Shown here one piece after another: positions 8,672 to 18,289 of a DNA stretch of 29,744 nucleotides. The notes below the pieces were generated by a model, which saw only the letters and a list, made by a program, of their open reading frames with translations, was not told the origin of the DNA and ran no database searches. Each line of letters starts with the position of its first letter. Position 1 is the first letter of the stretch. Made by a program: the position numbers and the translations under genes. The stretch is from Candidatus Babeliales bacterium (lineage in GTDB: Bacteria; Babelota; Babeliae; Babelales; Vermiphilaceae), in NCBI GenBank assembly GCA_044451405.1, contig JBIOKB010000008.1, forward strand, positions 1 to 29,744, read 5' to 3'.

Positions 8672-9901
8672 CTATTTAGATAACGCCGGCTCAGTTGCAG
8701 CTTCTGCTTCTTCAGAAGATGAACTACCAAATAAGCCGCGAATTGAGGAATACGCACCACCTACTAATAAGCTGATCGCATCCCATGCTGATGAGAACCA
8801 TGACATGATCCAACCATACCAGGTATTAGCTGCGGCAGCTTCCTGTTCTTCCCGTTCTTTTTCTTCCTGCTCGCGTATACGGCGTTCACGTTCAGCGTGC
8901 TCATCTTTTTTCTCAAGTTCTTGGGCCTTCTTTTTAAAATCTATGCCCTTTTCTTTTAACGCATTAATCGCTGATTGTATGCGACCAATATTTTCTTGTG
9001 CCAGGGTACCAAGTTGATCAAAATAACCAGTAAAATCATGTTTAAAGTACTGCCCAATAGCGTTTATGTTTTCTTCACAGGTAACCATACTGTAATAGAG
9101 TTCCCGTGCTCGCTTATCGCTTAATTCTTTTGCTATCGATTTAAAATCATCCCACGCACGGCGTTCATAGGAACGACATAGGTTTAACTGTTCCATTAAT
9201 TTGCCCAGTGATTCATCGACGGCACTATCTAATTTATTAATAGCATCCATATCTAACTTAAGCTGATCAAGCGTCTCTTTTTCTTTATTCATGATACTTA
9301 AAAATGCACGCTCTTCTTCATTTAAATCACCCTGTTTTTGTTGCTGCGCATTCATCTGTTCTATCAAATAATTGAGAATTTCTTCTAATTCACCACGACC
9401 AATACCAGCGTTAATATAAAACGGATCAAATACCGTACGCGCAAGTTCAGCGCGACGTGCAAAGAAAATCATTTGAGCTTCTAGGATACGATCTACTAAT
9501 ACTTTTATAGTCTCATATTTTGCTTCAGCTTTTTCCCACCAGATACGTTTGTAGAGCCAGTTACCGCTGCCCTCTTGTAATGAAATAGTATCAATGCCCT
9601 GTGGTTCGTCAGCTATCTGCTGCGCAGATGTTTCTTGAGATTGTGTAGGTGCGGGTGATGGGGTAGGTTCTTGAGCTGGAGGTGTTTGCGGCGTTGCTGC
9701 TTGCTCGTTATGTGATGTATCGCTAAATACTTCGCGTAATTGTTCGTTACCAGATACCGGTGTAGCATGTTCTAGAGTTGATGAAGGAACTTCTGGTGTA
9801 ACCAGCGTAGCTATTGATGGCTGAGGAGCTGATTCACCTTCAGTGGTGATACTGCCACACCAGATAAGACCCACAATACCAAGCACCATATAACGATACA
9901 T
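8672..9901 (-). CDS. Hypothetical exported coiled-coil protein
   Basis: ATG 9901 follows SD AAGGAG. Signal-like N-terminus, P/T/Q-rich linker, long helical/coiled-coil body and Trp-rich amphipathic C-terminal segment. Confidence 0.8.
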   Translation of the reverse strand: MYRYMVLGIVGLIWCGSITTEGESAPQPSIATLVTPEVPSSTLEHATPVSGNEQLREVFSDTSHNEQAATPQTPPAQEPTPSPAPTQSQETSAQQIADEPQGIDTISLQEGSGNWLYKRIWWEKAEAKYETIKVLVDRILEAQMIFFARRAELARTVFDPFYINAGIGRGELEEILNYLIEQMNAQQQKQGDLNEEERAFLSIMNKEKETLDQLKLDMDAINKLDSAVDESLGKLMEQLNLCRSYERRAWDDFKSIAKELSDKRARELYYSMVTCEENINAIGQYFKHDFTGYFDQLGTLAQENIGRIQSAINALKEKGIDFKKKAQELEKKDEHAERERRIREQEEKEREEQEAAAANTWYGWIMSWFSSAWDAISLLVGGAYSSIRGLFGSSSSEEAEAATEPALSK

Positions 9902-9926
9902 AACAGCAACTCCTTTTTTATCTATG

Positions 9927-10388
9927 TTATAATACCTTTGCAAGATCCTTCAGCTCATTAATCAATGCTTTTGAAAGTTCTTCCGCTTCCCATGAGGTAT
10001 AACTCCATCGAATACCAGCGTCTACTTTAGTAAGTACTGAACGATCGCTTTTAATATCAATAATATCAATGCGCACGACGTTCATCAGGGGATGTACCGT
10101 TGAAGGGGCACGCACAACACCAGCTCTTCCTAACACACTGTAACATACGTTACCTTCATCCATAAAACAGAGCATCACTTTTTTTTGCCATACCATGTTG
10201 TGGTAGCCAGTATGATCTTTATGGATAGTAATTAATATGCTTTCAAGCCCTTTAGGGAAAATACATTGTATAGGTGTTGTATGGGGCAACCCTTTTTCAG
10301 AAAATGTTGCAAGAACTGCAACGGTTTTACCACCTTTGAGTACTTCAATTAAATCGTCTGGTAACTTTACACCGACATGTTTAGCCAT
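9927..10388 (-). CDS. Pyridoxamine 5'-phosphate oxidase-like (FMN-binding split barrel) protein
   Basis: 'AVLATFSEKGLPHTTPI' and 'HTGYHNM...KVML' match the PNPOx-like pattern. 153 aa. Confidence 0.7.
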   Translation of the reverse strand: MAKHVGVKLPDDLIEVLKGGKTVAVLATFSEKGLPHTTPIQCIFPKGLESILITIHKDHTGYHNMVWQKKVMLCFMDEGNVCYSVLGRAGVVRAPSTVHPLMNVVRIDIIDIKSDRSVLTKVDAGIRWSYTSWEAEELSKALINELKDLAKVL

Positions 10389-10468
10389 GGAATCCCTACT
10401 TAATTTGCATTAATGTATGTATATATTCATGTATTATACGTTAATTAATCAATAATATCCTTATTTTT

Positions 10469-11623
10469 TTAGCATGATAACTGCAGCGCAATATGATTTT
10501 CTACTGATAGTCCCTTAGGGGTAAGCTTGAGCCATTCATCTTCTTGATGGAGCCACCCGTGCTGTATAAGCTCTGCAACCCGTTTTTGTACCCGCATCTG
10601 CTCTGAAGAAGTAAGATCCTGGAACACCTCATTCATAGGCATACCATGGACACGCCGGAGCCCTAACATAACTCGCTCGTTATGTGCCTGTTCACGGCTG
10701 AGTGTTTCAGCAAACACGGTAGCATCGCCATGATCATGAATGGAAGTCATATACTTCATAATATTTTTCTCATTGTAAAACCGGGATGTTCCATCAAATG
10801 AATGAGCCCCTAATCCAAATCCTTTATACGGCTTACGCTCCCAATACACACTATTATGGCGACAGGCATAGCCATTACGGGCAAAACTGGAAATTTCATA
10901 CTGCTGCAACCCATGGGCTGCTAATACATCCCGTGACCAGTAATAAAGATCAACGACTGCATCATCACACGGCAATGCTAACTCACCTTGTTTTACCCTA
11001 AAATAGAGCGGCGTTTGCTCGTGTACCGTTAAAAAATACATGGAAAGATGGGTAATTGGCCACGTAACAACCGTATTAATTAATGCTTTCCATTCCTCAT
11101 CGGTTACACCCGGTAACCCAACGATAATATCCACTGAAACATTGGTAAATATCCCTTTAACACGATTAAGCACGGTATACACATCCTGCGCTGACTGATG
11201 ACGATTTAAATTTTTTAACGCAGAATCTTTAAGGCTTTGTACTCCTATGCTCAATCGATTAATCCCTGCTGCAGCCCATGCCGCTATTTTTTCATCAGTA
11301 ACGGTGCCCGGATTCACTTCAAGAGTACATTCCGTATTTGCATGCACTATGCCAACGCTCTTTAGTATACCAACCATGTCAAGTAACAGGTCTGGAGGAT
11401 ACGTGCTGGGAGTGCCACCACCAATAAATATCGTATCAATCGATGCAGGCGTAGGCAGACGTTGCCCAAACGCCGTTATTTCCCGTATCAATGCGTTATG
11501 ATACTGCTCCATGAACTGATCTTGCCCTGCTAATGCAACAAACGGACAAAAGTGGCAACGATACGGACAAAAGGGCCAATGAATATATAAAGAACGGGTA
11601 GGAAGTGCTGTAGCATATACCAT
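10469..11623 (-). CDS. hemW: Radical SAM heme chaperone HemW (HemN-like)
   Basis: LYIHWPFCPYRCHFCPF (CxxxCxxC), GGGTPS, NRLSIGVQS, YEISSFA and HNSVYW. Confidence 0.9.
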   Translation of the reverse strand: MVYATALPTRSLYIHWPFCPYRCHFCPFVALAGQDQFMEQYHNALIREITAFGQRLPTPASIDTIFIGGGTPSTYPPDLLLDMVGILKSVGIVHANTECTLEVNPGTVTDEKIAAWAAAGINRLSIGVQSLKDSALKNLNRHQSAQDVYTVLNRVKGIFTNVSVDIIVGLPGVTDEEWKALINTVVTWPITHLSMYFLTVHEQTPLYFRVKQGELALPCDDAVVDLYYWSRDVLAAHGLQQYEISSFARNGYACRHNSVYWERKPYKGFGLGAHSFDGTSRFYNEKNIMKYMTSIHDHGDATVFAETLSREQAHNERVMLGLRRVHGMPMNEVFQDLTSSEQMRVQKRVAELIQHGWLHQEDEWLKLTPKGLSVENHIALQLSC

Positions 11624-11634
11624 ACTATTTCCTG

Positions 11635-12150
11635 TTAGCGCGTACGTTGAGAGATAGTACGTTTGATAAGATCACGACTTAATGCGATATGTTCTTTCAT
11701 CTGATCGTGTGCAGCACGCGCTGATGCAAACTTACTCATAGTCCCTGCACGTAAAAGTTGAGAAACTATGTGATGTAGTTCAAGAGGAACGTCGGTTGTT
11801 GCAAGATATGCAATAGATTCTTCATCGGTTTTACCTGCAAGAGCATAGCCATAACGTTTGCTCAAATAGGTTTTAATAATATCGGTCAACGTATAATAAA
11901 ACACTCTGCTATTTCCAGCATGCATATGATGCTGAGCTAATGCGTCAAGTTCACGTAATGCACTATCCCATGGTCTACGGGATAACGAGTAAGCACGATA
12001 GCGCTTAATAAGAAAATAGAGAATAATTCCTAATGCAGCACCAATAAGCGCACAACAGAGTGCGTAAAACATAGTGGTATGCCACCAGGGCACATAGTCC
12101 ATACCATAAATATCGTATAATTGTTGTTCAAGTGGTTGTTGGATATTCAT
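11635..12150 (-). CDS. DUF4381-like membrane-anchored protein (Bat/MoxR-associated type)
   Basis: 'LYDIY...PWW' plus one TM helix, then 'ALRELDAL', 'YLSKRYG', 'KTDEE' and 'KFA'. Directly downstream of the DUF58 gene. Confidence 0.65.
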   Translation of the reverse strand: MNIQQPLEQQLYDIYGMDYVPWWHTTMFYALCCALIGAALGIILYFLIKRYRAYSLSRRPWDSALRELDALAQHHMHAGNSRVFYYTLTDIIKTYLSKRYGYALAGKTDEESIAYLATTDVPLELHHIVSQLLRAGTMSKFASARAAHDQMKEHIALSRDLIKRTISQRTR

Positions 12151-13013
12151 CAGCTCACCATGCGATAACGGAAAAAGCGTATCAATTCACCAATGAATGG
12201 CTTATGCATGGTAATATCAATACGATCAACACCACATGCGGTAAATAATTTGTTTTGTTCGCATATGCGTTGTTGCAGTTGTTCACTTATCTGGCGCGCA
12301 TCACGAGCATCAATCATATGGGTGTTCCCTGTTTCACTATCTTCAAGCATTAAAAAACCCACGCAAGGCATCTGCTGTTCATACATATCCAAACAACGTA
12401 TAGCAATGCAATCATGTTTCTTGGCAACCAACCGCAATGACCGCTCAAATCCCTCATCAATAAAATCAGATATAACAAATACCAACGCGTCACGGCATGG
12501 TACGTGCAACATATAATCAAGAGCCGTTTTTATGGACGTAGTAGTATGCGCTGTCTTGTAGGTAAATAGCTTTTCCATAATCCTGCGCACATGCTGCATC
12601 CCCTTATTGGGAGGAATCACATACTCAACCTCGTTGGTAAATAAAATAAGCCCTACCTGATCTTTTGCATAGGCACACACAAGGCTGAGCACACTTGCTA
12701 TCTGTGCCATAATTTCATACCGCATCATGCCTGATGAACCAAACATACGTGACGTTGAACAATCAACAAGGAGATAAATCGTGCGGCTCCGCTCTTGCAT
12801 ATATTGCTTTACTAATACCTTGTTCATGCGCGCTGATGCATGCCAATCAATAAAACGAATATCATCACCAAATGCATAATCACGAATTTGATCAAACTCA
12901 AATCCAGAACCTTTAACGGCTGAGCGGCTATCACCAACGAGCGTGCTATTTAATAAGCGACGTGTATAAATCTCAAGCTGTTTTATTTTTTTTGCAATGT
13001 CAGGAGATACCAT
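12150..13013 (-). CDS. DUF58 family protein (MoxR-associated, VWA-like)
   Basis: GSGFEFDQIRDYAFGDDIRFIDWHASAR, LVDCSTSRMFG and VISDF. ATG 13013 is chosen because it avoids overlap with serS. Confidence 0.9.
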   Translation of the reverse strand: MVSPDIAKKIKQLEIYTRRLLNSTLVGDSRSAVKGSGFEFDQIRDYAFGDDIRFIDWHASARMNKVLVKQYMQERSRTIYLLVDCSTSRMFGSSGMMRYEIMAQIASVLSLVCAYAKDQVGLILFTNEVEYVIPPNKGMQHVRRIMEKLFTYKTAHTTTSIKTALDYMLHVPCRDALVFVISDFIDEGFERSLRLVAKKHDCIAIRCLDMYEQQMPCVGFLMLEDSETGNTHMIDARDARQISEQLQQRICEQNKLFTACGVDRIDITMHKPFIGELIRFFRYRMVS

Positions 13014-13023
13014 ACTCACATCC

Positions 13024-14262
13024 TTATGCAAATAACGAATTCTTGGTAAGCACGTCTGGTAACGCAATAGAACCATCTGCTTGCTGATACACTTCCATCA
13101 ATGCGACCATTAACCGTGGCAATGCTAATGAAGACGCATTAAGCGTGTTAACCAGTTCCGTTTTGCTATCGGATGTTTTTTTATAGCGGATTAAACCGCG
13201 ACGTGCTTGAAAATCAGTACAATTGCTGCATGAAGACACTTCGTAATACGCATTTTGACCGGGCAACCATACTTCAATATCCCACGTCTTTGCTGATGGG
13301 AATGAGCAATCCTGCGTTGCTAATAAGCTTACCCGATAATGGAGGCCAAGTTGTTGCAAAATATCTTCTGCACACGCAAGCATCCGTTCATGTTCTTGAG
13401 CAGCATAAGCTGGTTCACAGATAGTATACAATTCAACTTTTTCAAATTGATGAATACGAATAAGCCCCCGTTCGTGAGCACCGTAACTTCCTGCTTCCCG
13501 TCTAAAACAGCTGGTCCAGGCGGTCATGCGTACCGGCAATGCATCGGCCATAAAAATGTGATTGCGATACACATTGGTTAAATTAACTTCAGAAGTGGGT
13601 GATAAATAGAGCGCATCTTCTTCAATGCGATACACCTGATCACGAAATTTAGGGAAATTACTTGCTACCTCAAGAGATTTCTCGTTAACTACATAAGGAG
13701 GCAGCACGGGGATAAAACCATGCTTGATGTTATTTTTGATCATTAACATGGTTAATGCATACATGAGCTTAACCGCGTCACCCTTATAAAACACAAAATT
13801 ACTACCCGTCATGGTAGTTGCTTGCTGGAAATCAAACCAGCCTAGCGTTTCACCTAATTCAACATGATTTTTAATAGGAAAATCAAAATGAGGTTTTTTA
13901 CCAACTTCTTTAACAACTTTATTCGCTTCTTTACCCCCAACTGGCAAATCATCGTCCGGCACATTAGGACAGGTAAGATAGAGGGTGTTAAATCGAATTT
14001 CTTGATCGGCTAGATCCAGTTCTGCTTGCTTAAGCTGCGCGCTTATTTGTTGGGATTGCGAGCGCAACTCAGGAGTAACGCCTGATTTGCCTTGTTGTGC
14101 GAGCTCATTTTTTTTGTGTCTGAGTGCCTCAACCTGAGCACGAGTTTCACGCACCTGGGCATCCATATCATATAACAACTGCGCATCAAATGATGGGTCT
14201 TTACGCTTAATGCGTGCAATAACTAATTCAGGATCTTTTCGTAATAACGTCAAATCTATCAT
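13024..14262 (-). CDS. serS: Serine--tRNA ligase
   Basis: N-terminal coiled-coil arm, PTSEV, CFRREAGSYG, GLIRIHQFEKVE, EVSSCSNCTDFQARR and TLNAS. ATG 14262 has SD GGAG. Confidence 0.97.
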   Translation of the reverse strand: MIDLTLLRKDPELVIARIKRKDPSFDAQLLYDMDAQVRETRAQVEALRHKKNELAQQGKSGVTPELRSQSQQISAQLKQAELDLADQEIRFNTLYLTCPNVPDDDLPVGGKEANKVVKEVGKKPHFDFPIKNHVELGETLGWFDFQQATTMTGSNFVFYKGDAVKLMYALTMLMIKNNIKHGFIPVLPPYVVNEKSLEVASNFPKFRDQVYRIEEDALYLSPTSEVNLTNVYRNHIFMADALPVRMTAWTSCFRREAGSYGAHERGLIRIHQFEKVELYTICEPAYAAQEHERMLACAEDILQQLGLHYRVSLLATQDCSFPSAKTWDIEVWLPGQNAYYEVSSCSNCTDFQARRGLIRYKKTSDSKTELVNTLNASSLALPRLMVALMEVYQQADGSIALPDVLTKNSLFA

Positions 14263-14340
14263 CGATATGAACTCCGTAACTAAAAGCAGGACAAACGGTT
14301 GCATATGTATGGTAGATTACTGGAAAGAAAAACAAATATA

Positions 14341-14363
14341 AAGGCCGCTGTTAAAGCGGCCTT
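14341..14363. terminator. Rho-independent terminator-like hairpin downstream of the HU gene
   Basis: AAGGCCGCT-GTTAA-AGCGGCCTT, followed by a T-rich tract on the minus strand. Confidence 0.7.
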
Positions 14364-14399
14364 GACAAGCAAAAGCTTTTTTCTGAGTTAAAACGGTTA

Positions 14400-14687
14400 T
14401 TAACCGAGTTTAACTAATCTCACTACTTCTCTTAAATTTTTCCCTGCCTTAAAGCGAGGAACATTAACTTCTGGTAAATTGATACGTTCTTTAGTTGCTG
14501 GGTTAATGCCTTTACGCGCAGGACGGGTTGAAATCCAAAAGCTTCCAAACCCAGTAATTGATACTTTTTCGCCTTTTTTGAGCGCGCGTTCAATGATACG
14601 TGTTAAAGAATCAAGTACTCGAGAGACATCTTTTTTGCTAAATGTTGTCTCTTCACTGAGTGAATTGATCAATTCACTTTTATTCAT
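14400..14687 (-). CDS. hup: HU family DNA-binding protein
   Basis: MNKSELI...GFGSF...RPARKGINPATKERI...PRFKAGKNLRE. SD AAGGAG before ATG 14687. Confidence 0.95.
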   Translation of the reverse strand: MNKSELINSLSEETTFSKKDVSRVLDSLTRIIERALKKGEKVSITGFGSFWISTRPARKGINPATKERINLPEVNVPRFKAGKNLREVVRLVKLG

Positions 14688-14768
14688 AAGGAACTCCTTA
14701 CTTATAATATGGTTAAACACTGCTTGCTTCAGAACAAGCCCTTCTTTTTTCATATACTATTGTGTACC

Positions 14769-14796
14769 ATAGTATGGTTATTTAAAACTTTGTCAA
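14769..14796 (-). promoter_or_regulatory. Putative sigma70 promoter of the HU gene
   Basis: TTGACA-16 nt-TACTAT on the minus strand. Confidence 0.5.
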
Positions 14797-14879
14797 ACTG
14801 GAATATGGTTAATGTATTTCTGAATATGCTTGAAAAAATCCATTTCCAATTTCTTTCTATTAGATATCAAGGATAGGTA

Positions 14880-15692
14880 ATGCTTGTTGATACTCATTGT
14901 CATATGAATATGATGGTAAAGTCCACCTTCGATCGCCTATTAACACCACAAGAAATTACTGCCGCTCACGCTATCATAGAACAAGCAACTCACCATGATG
15001 TCACTACCATTATTAATGTCGGTACCAGTCTGATTGAAAGTCTTAATTGTATTACCCTCGCACGTACCTATCAACCAGTATGGGCTTCAGTTGGTATACA
15101 TCCTAATGATTGCACTCCCTCATGGCGCACTGATATCAGTGCTTTAGAAAAGCACATACAGAATAAAGAAATCAATAAAATTGTTGCTATTGGTGAATGT
15201 GGTCTTGATCGTCATTATCCTGATTACGATCTTCAACGGCAAAAAGATGCATTTAAAGCTCAGATTGAACTTGCATTAGAGTATGATTGTGCGCTCATTG
15301 TGCATACCCGTGATGCAGCAGATGAAACACTAAAGATCCTGGAAGAATTTAAAGGACAGATAGCCCGCGGCATTATCCATTGTTTTTCAGAAGATCAATC
15401 ATTTGCTAATACAGCGCTTGAATTTGGTTTTTCGCTCGGGTTTGGTGGCACGTTAACATATCCTAAAAATGCAGTACTGCGTGCCATTGCCGTTAATGTA
15501 CCATTAGAATCAATTGTGCTTGAAACTGACGCTCCCTTTTTACCACCGCAATTCATGCGCGGCAAACAAAATCATCCTGAACAGATTAAAACGGTAGCAA
15601 CATATTTAGCAGAATTACGTTCAACGTCATATGAAGCGGTAGCAGAACAGACAACCGCAACAGCATTGCGCATTTTTAATCTCGTTTCATAG
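14880..15692 (+). CDS. tatD: TatD family deoxyribonuclease
   Basis: DTHCH, GIHP, AIGECGLD, HTRDA, IIHCFS and LETDAPFL. Confidence 0.93.
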   Translation: MLVDTHCHMNMMVKSTFDRLLTPQEITAAHAIIEQATHHDVTTIINVGTSLIESLNCITLARTYQPVWASVGIHPNDCTPSWRTDISALEKHIQNKEINKIVAIGECGLDRHYPDYDLQRQKDAFKAQIELALEYDCALIVHTRDAADETLKILEEFKGQIARGIIHCFSEDQSFANTALEFGFSLGFGGTLTYPKNAVLRAIAVNVPLESIVLETDAPFLPPQFMRGKQNHPEQIKTVATYLAELRSTSYEAVAEQTTATALRIFNLVS

Positions 15693-15792
15693 ATACCAAA
15701 AATACAATTCTTAATAAAAAGCTAGCACTACTGCCATCTCTTTGTTATATGATGATTAACACTTTGGTTAGAGCGTAAAAATATCATTAATA

Positions 15793-15817
15793 AATAGTGC
15801 GCCTTCACGCGCACAAG
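15793..15817 (-). repeat. Palindromic repeat family C copy overlapping an RBS
   Basis: Minus strand reads CTTGTGCGC-GTGAAG-GCGCACTATT, matching the family C flanks. Confidence 0.55.
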
Positions 15818-15827
15818 GAGATCATGT

Positions 15828-16364
15828 ATGAAGCACATACTGACTGCTGCATGCGTAGGCATGTTGTTAATTACATCGTTTAATCGCGCGGATGCGCATG
15901 ATTCTTATCTGAGACGTTCACTAGAAAGTGTTGCTGCATCACCATTGTTTGATCAAGCTGAAAAAGAACTTATTCTTGCACTGCCTGAATTTTTTACCCA
16001 CGCGTGTGTAAAACAACTCTATTTTGGTGACACAGAACAACGTGCTATAAAACCATTTGTTGAAACAACATCAGTTATCCTAGACGTATTTAAACCTATT
16101 AAAGAAAAGCTTGCACAGTTACAAGAACAGATGTCTACAAAAGAAGAAAAGGATACGGTGAGCTTTGTACAGTATTTGATTAATGTACTGCTTGATCATG
16201 CGCCTACTGATTACTCTCTGAGCAACTCATCTGCTACACGTGCTACCGCTGCTGATATAGCAGAAGCGTGTCGCGAACTTATTTTAGATGCTCTGTTTTT
16301 ACTTAGAATTATAAATGCCAATGTAAATGCCATCGCGGGCAATATTAGTGCCCCATGCACATAA
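15828..16364 (+). CDS. Hypothetical exported protein
   Basis: SD AAGGAG and a signal-peptide-like N-terminus (MKHIL...ADA). Likely first gene of an operon with the two large paralogs. Confidence 0.75.
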   Translation: MKHILTAACVGMLLITSFNRADAHDSYLRRSLESVAASPLFDQAEKELILALPEFFTHACVKQLYFGDTEQRAIKPFVETTSVILDVFKPIKEKLAQLQEQMSTKEEKDTVSFVQYLINVLLDHAPTDYSLSNSSATRATAADIAEACRELILDALFLLRIINANVNAIAGNISAPCT

Positions 16365-16396
16365 TATAAGACATATTTTTTATATAAAGGAGTAGT

Positions 16397-18250
16397 ATGA
16401 AACAACTATATAGAGGTATGTGTGCATTACTATGCGCTTTTACCATCATCCCCAACTTTATGTATGGGGATTGTAATTCATGTTCAAATCCAAAAACCAT
16501 TTTTATACCGCGATCTCAAAGTTTTAACGCTGCTCGTGATTTGGTTGGTCAACAAATGTATATCAACCAGCCCGATAAAAATGAGACGTATGGATGCTTG
16601 AGCGCTACTGCGGAATATACCCGTTCATTTAGACCAGATTTAATTACTGATTACTTCTTTGGACAAGCAGCCAATGATGGCTGTGTAATTTTCTCTGGAA
16701 GTCTTGTACCAAATCGTGGGGCAAATGATTTTCTTGCCGATTATTTTGGATTGCCACAAGATTTTCAGAGCAAAGTCTGCTTTACACCACGCATTCAAAA
16801 CTTTTTGATCGATTTTAACTTCTATGTTGGACTTGATGCTGCAGCACCTGGTGCATTTTTTAAAGCAGAATTTCCTCTTGTATATACCCGTTGGGCAATG
16901 AATCCATGCGAAAAAGTCATTAATGAAGGTAGCTTGCCGTATCCGAATGGCTATATGGCGATCAACCAAATTCCACGTTCAGATCTTGCAAATGGCGTAT
17001 TGCCATTTTTTGCAGGCAAAACTACCTTTGGCGACATGAAAACACCGCTAAAGTACGGCAAAATAACCTGCGACGCTCAAACCAAAACAACTATTGGCGA
17101 TATTCAGATGTGGCTTGGATATAATTTCATCAATACGCAAGCTGCTCATGTCGGATTCAGTCTTCTTGCTATTTTTCCCGCAGGAAACAAACCCGATCCT
17201 GAATATTTGTTTACTCCCATTGTTGGCAGCGGTGGCTTTTATCAAGCAGGTATCGGCTTTACTTCCCACTTTAAACTCTGGGATGGTGACAATAACCGCT
17301 CACTTATCTTATATGCTGATGTAAATATTATGCACGCATTTAAAACCAGCCAAGTACGTCCTTTTGATTTTCAGGATAATGGCCCAGCCAGCCGCTACAT
17401 GCTTTTGGCAACCTTTGATGAGACCATGACTAATGCCGATCTTACCCCTGCTATTGGTCAGGTCAATGCAAAATATGACTATACGGGCAGCCTCATACCG
17501 GCAGTTAATTTAACCAGCCTCTGCTGCGCAGTTAGTTATAAACTCCAAGGGGATGCTGTCGTAAAACTTGGCTATTTACATGATGATTGGGAATTTGATT
17601 TTGGATACAACTTCTGGGGACGCTCAGCAGAACAAGTAAGTGTCACCCAGAAATTAATAGAAGACCGCGTTGGTCTTAAAGGAGATGCATTTTTATATGG
17701 TGCAGCAGGCCCAACGTATGCCATTGCACAAGCAACCTATCCAGCAAGTGCTGTATCAATCCCTGCAACCGAATCTGATTTAGCAACTATTAACAGTGGT
17801 AGCAACTTCAATACTGCATTATCATTAGGAGGCAGCCCTTATTTAAATGCGGGTATCGATGATATACAAGATGCTCAAGCAACTACAACATACGTCACCC
17901 AGCCCGTCGATGTATTTTCGGCAGTCAGCGGCACCCCTCAAGTAGCCATGCAAATGTCTAATCCGCCAACCCTCTTCAACTCATTTGATGATACCTATAC
18001 TGACAGTGCATCTAAAGCGTATGTTGATGGAGTTTCTGCTGCCGCACCAAGTGTGGTAACGCATAAATTTTTTGCTCATGCAAGTTATAACTTTGAAGAA
18101 CTCAGAGGCCACGTGCATCCATTTTTAGGTATTGGTGGCGAAGTTGAATTTGATACTAAACACAAAAGCGGATCAAATGGCGGCCATTGCGATTGCCGTG
18201 GCGCGCTCAACCAATGGGGGATATGGATAAAAGGAGGCATTGGATTCTAA
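16397..18250 (+). CDS. Exported Cys-rich protein, putative outer-membrane beta-barrel (paralog 1)
   Basis: Signal peptide, alternating aromatic/hydrophobic strands and C-terminal WGIWIKGGIGF. Collinear with 18290-20155. Confidence 0.75.
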   Translation: MKQLYRGMCALLCAFTIIPNFMYGDCNSCSNPKTIFIPRSQSFNAARDLVGQQMYINQPDKNETYGCLSATAEYTRSFRPDLITDYFFGQAANDGCVIFSGSLVPNRGANDFLADYFGLPQDFQSKVCFTPRIQNFLIDFNFYVGLDAAAPGAFFKAEFPLVYTRWAMNPCEKVINEGSLPYPNGYMAINQIPRSDLANGVLPFFAGKTTFGDMKTPLKYGKITCDAQTKTTIGDIQMWLGYNFINTQAAHVGFSLLAIFPAGNKPDPEYLFTPIVGSGGFYQAGIGFTSHFKLWDGDNNRSLILYADVNIMHAFKTSQVRPFDFQDNGPASRYMLLATFDETMTNADLTPAIGQVNAKYDYTGSLIPAVNLTSLCCAVSYKLQGDAVVKLGYLHDDWEFDFGYNFWGRSAEQVSVTQKLIEDRVGLKGDAFLYGAAGPTYAIAQATYPASAVSIPATESDLATINSGSNFNTALSLGGSPYLNAGIDDIQDAQATTTYVTQPVDVFSAVSGTPQVAMQMSNPPTLFNSFDDTYTDSASKAYVDGVSAAAPSVVTHKFFAHASYNFEELRGHVHPFLGIGGEVEFDTKHKSGSNGGHCDCRGALNQWGIWIKGGIGF

Positions 18251-18289
18251 ATTAATTTGATTTTTCTAACCCTTAACTAAAAGGATCGT

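Noticed and set aside
9902-14753. Longer N-termini given in the ORF track for 8672-9943, 12150-13076, 13024-14304 and 14400-14753
   Set aside because: Downstream ATGs have SD-like sequences and/or avoid overlaps, and they match the expected family N-termini where the family is known.
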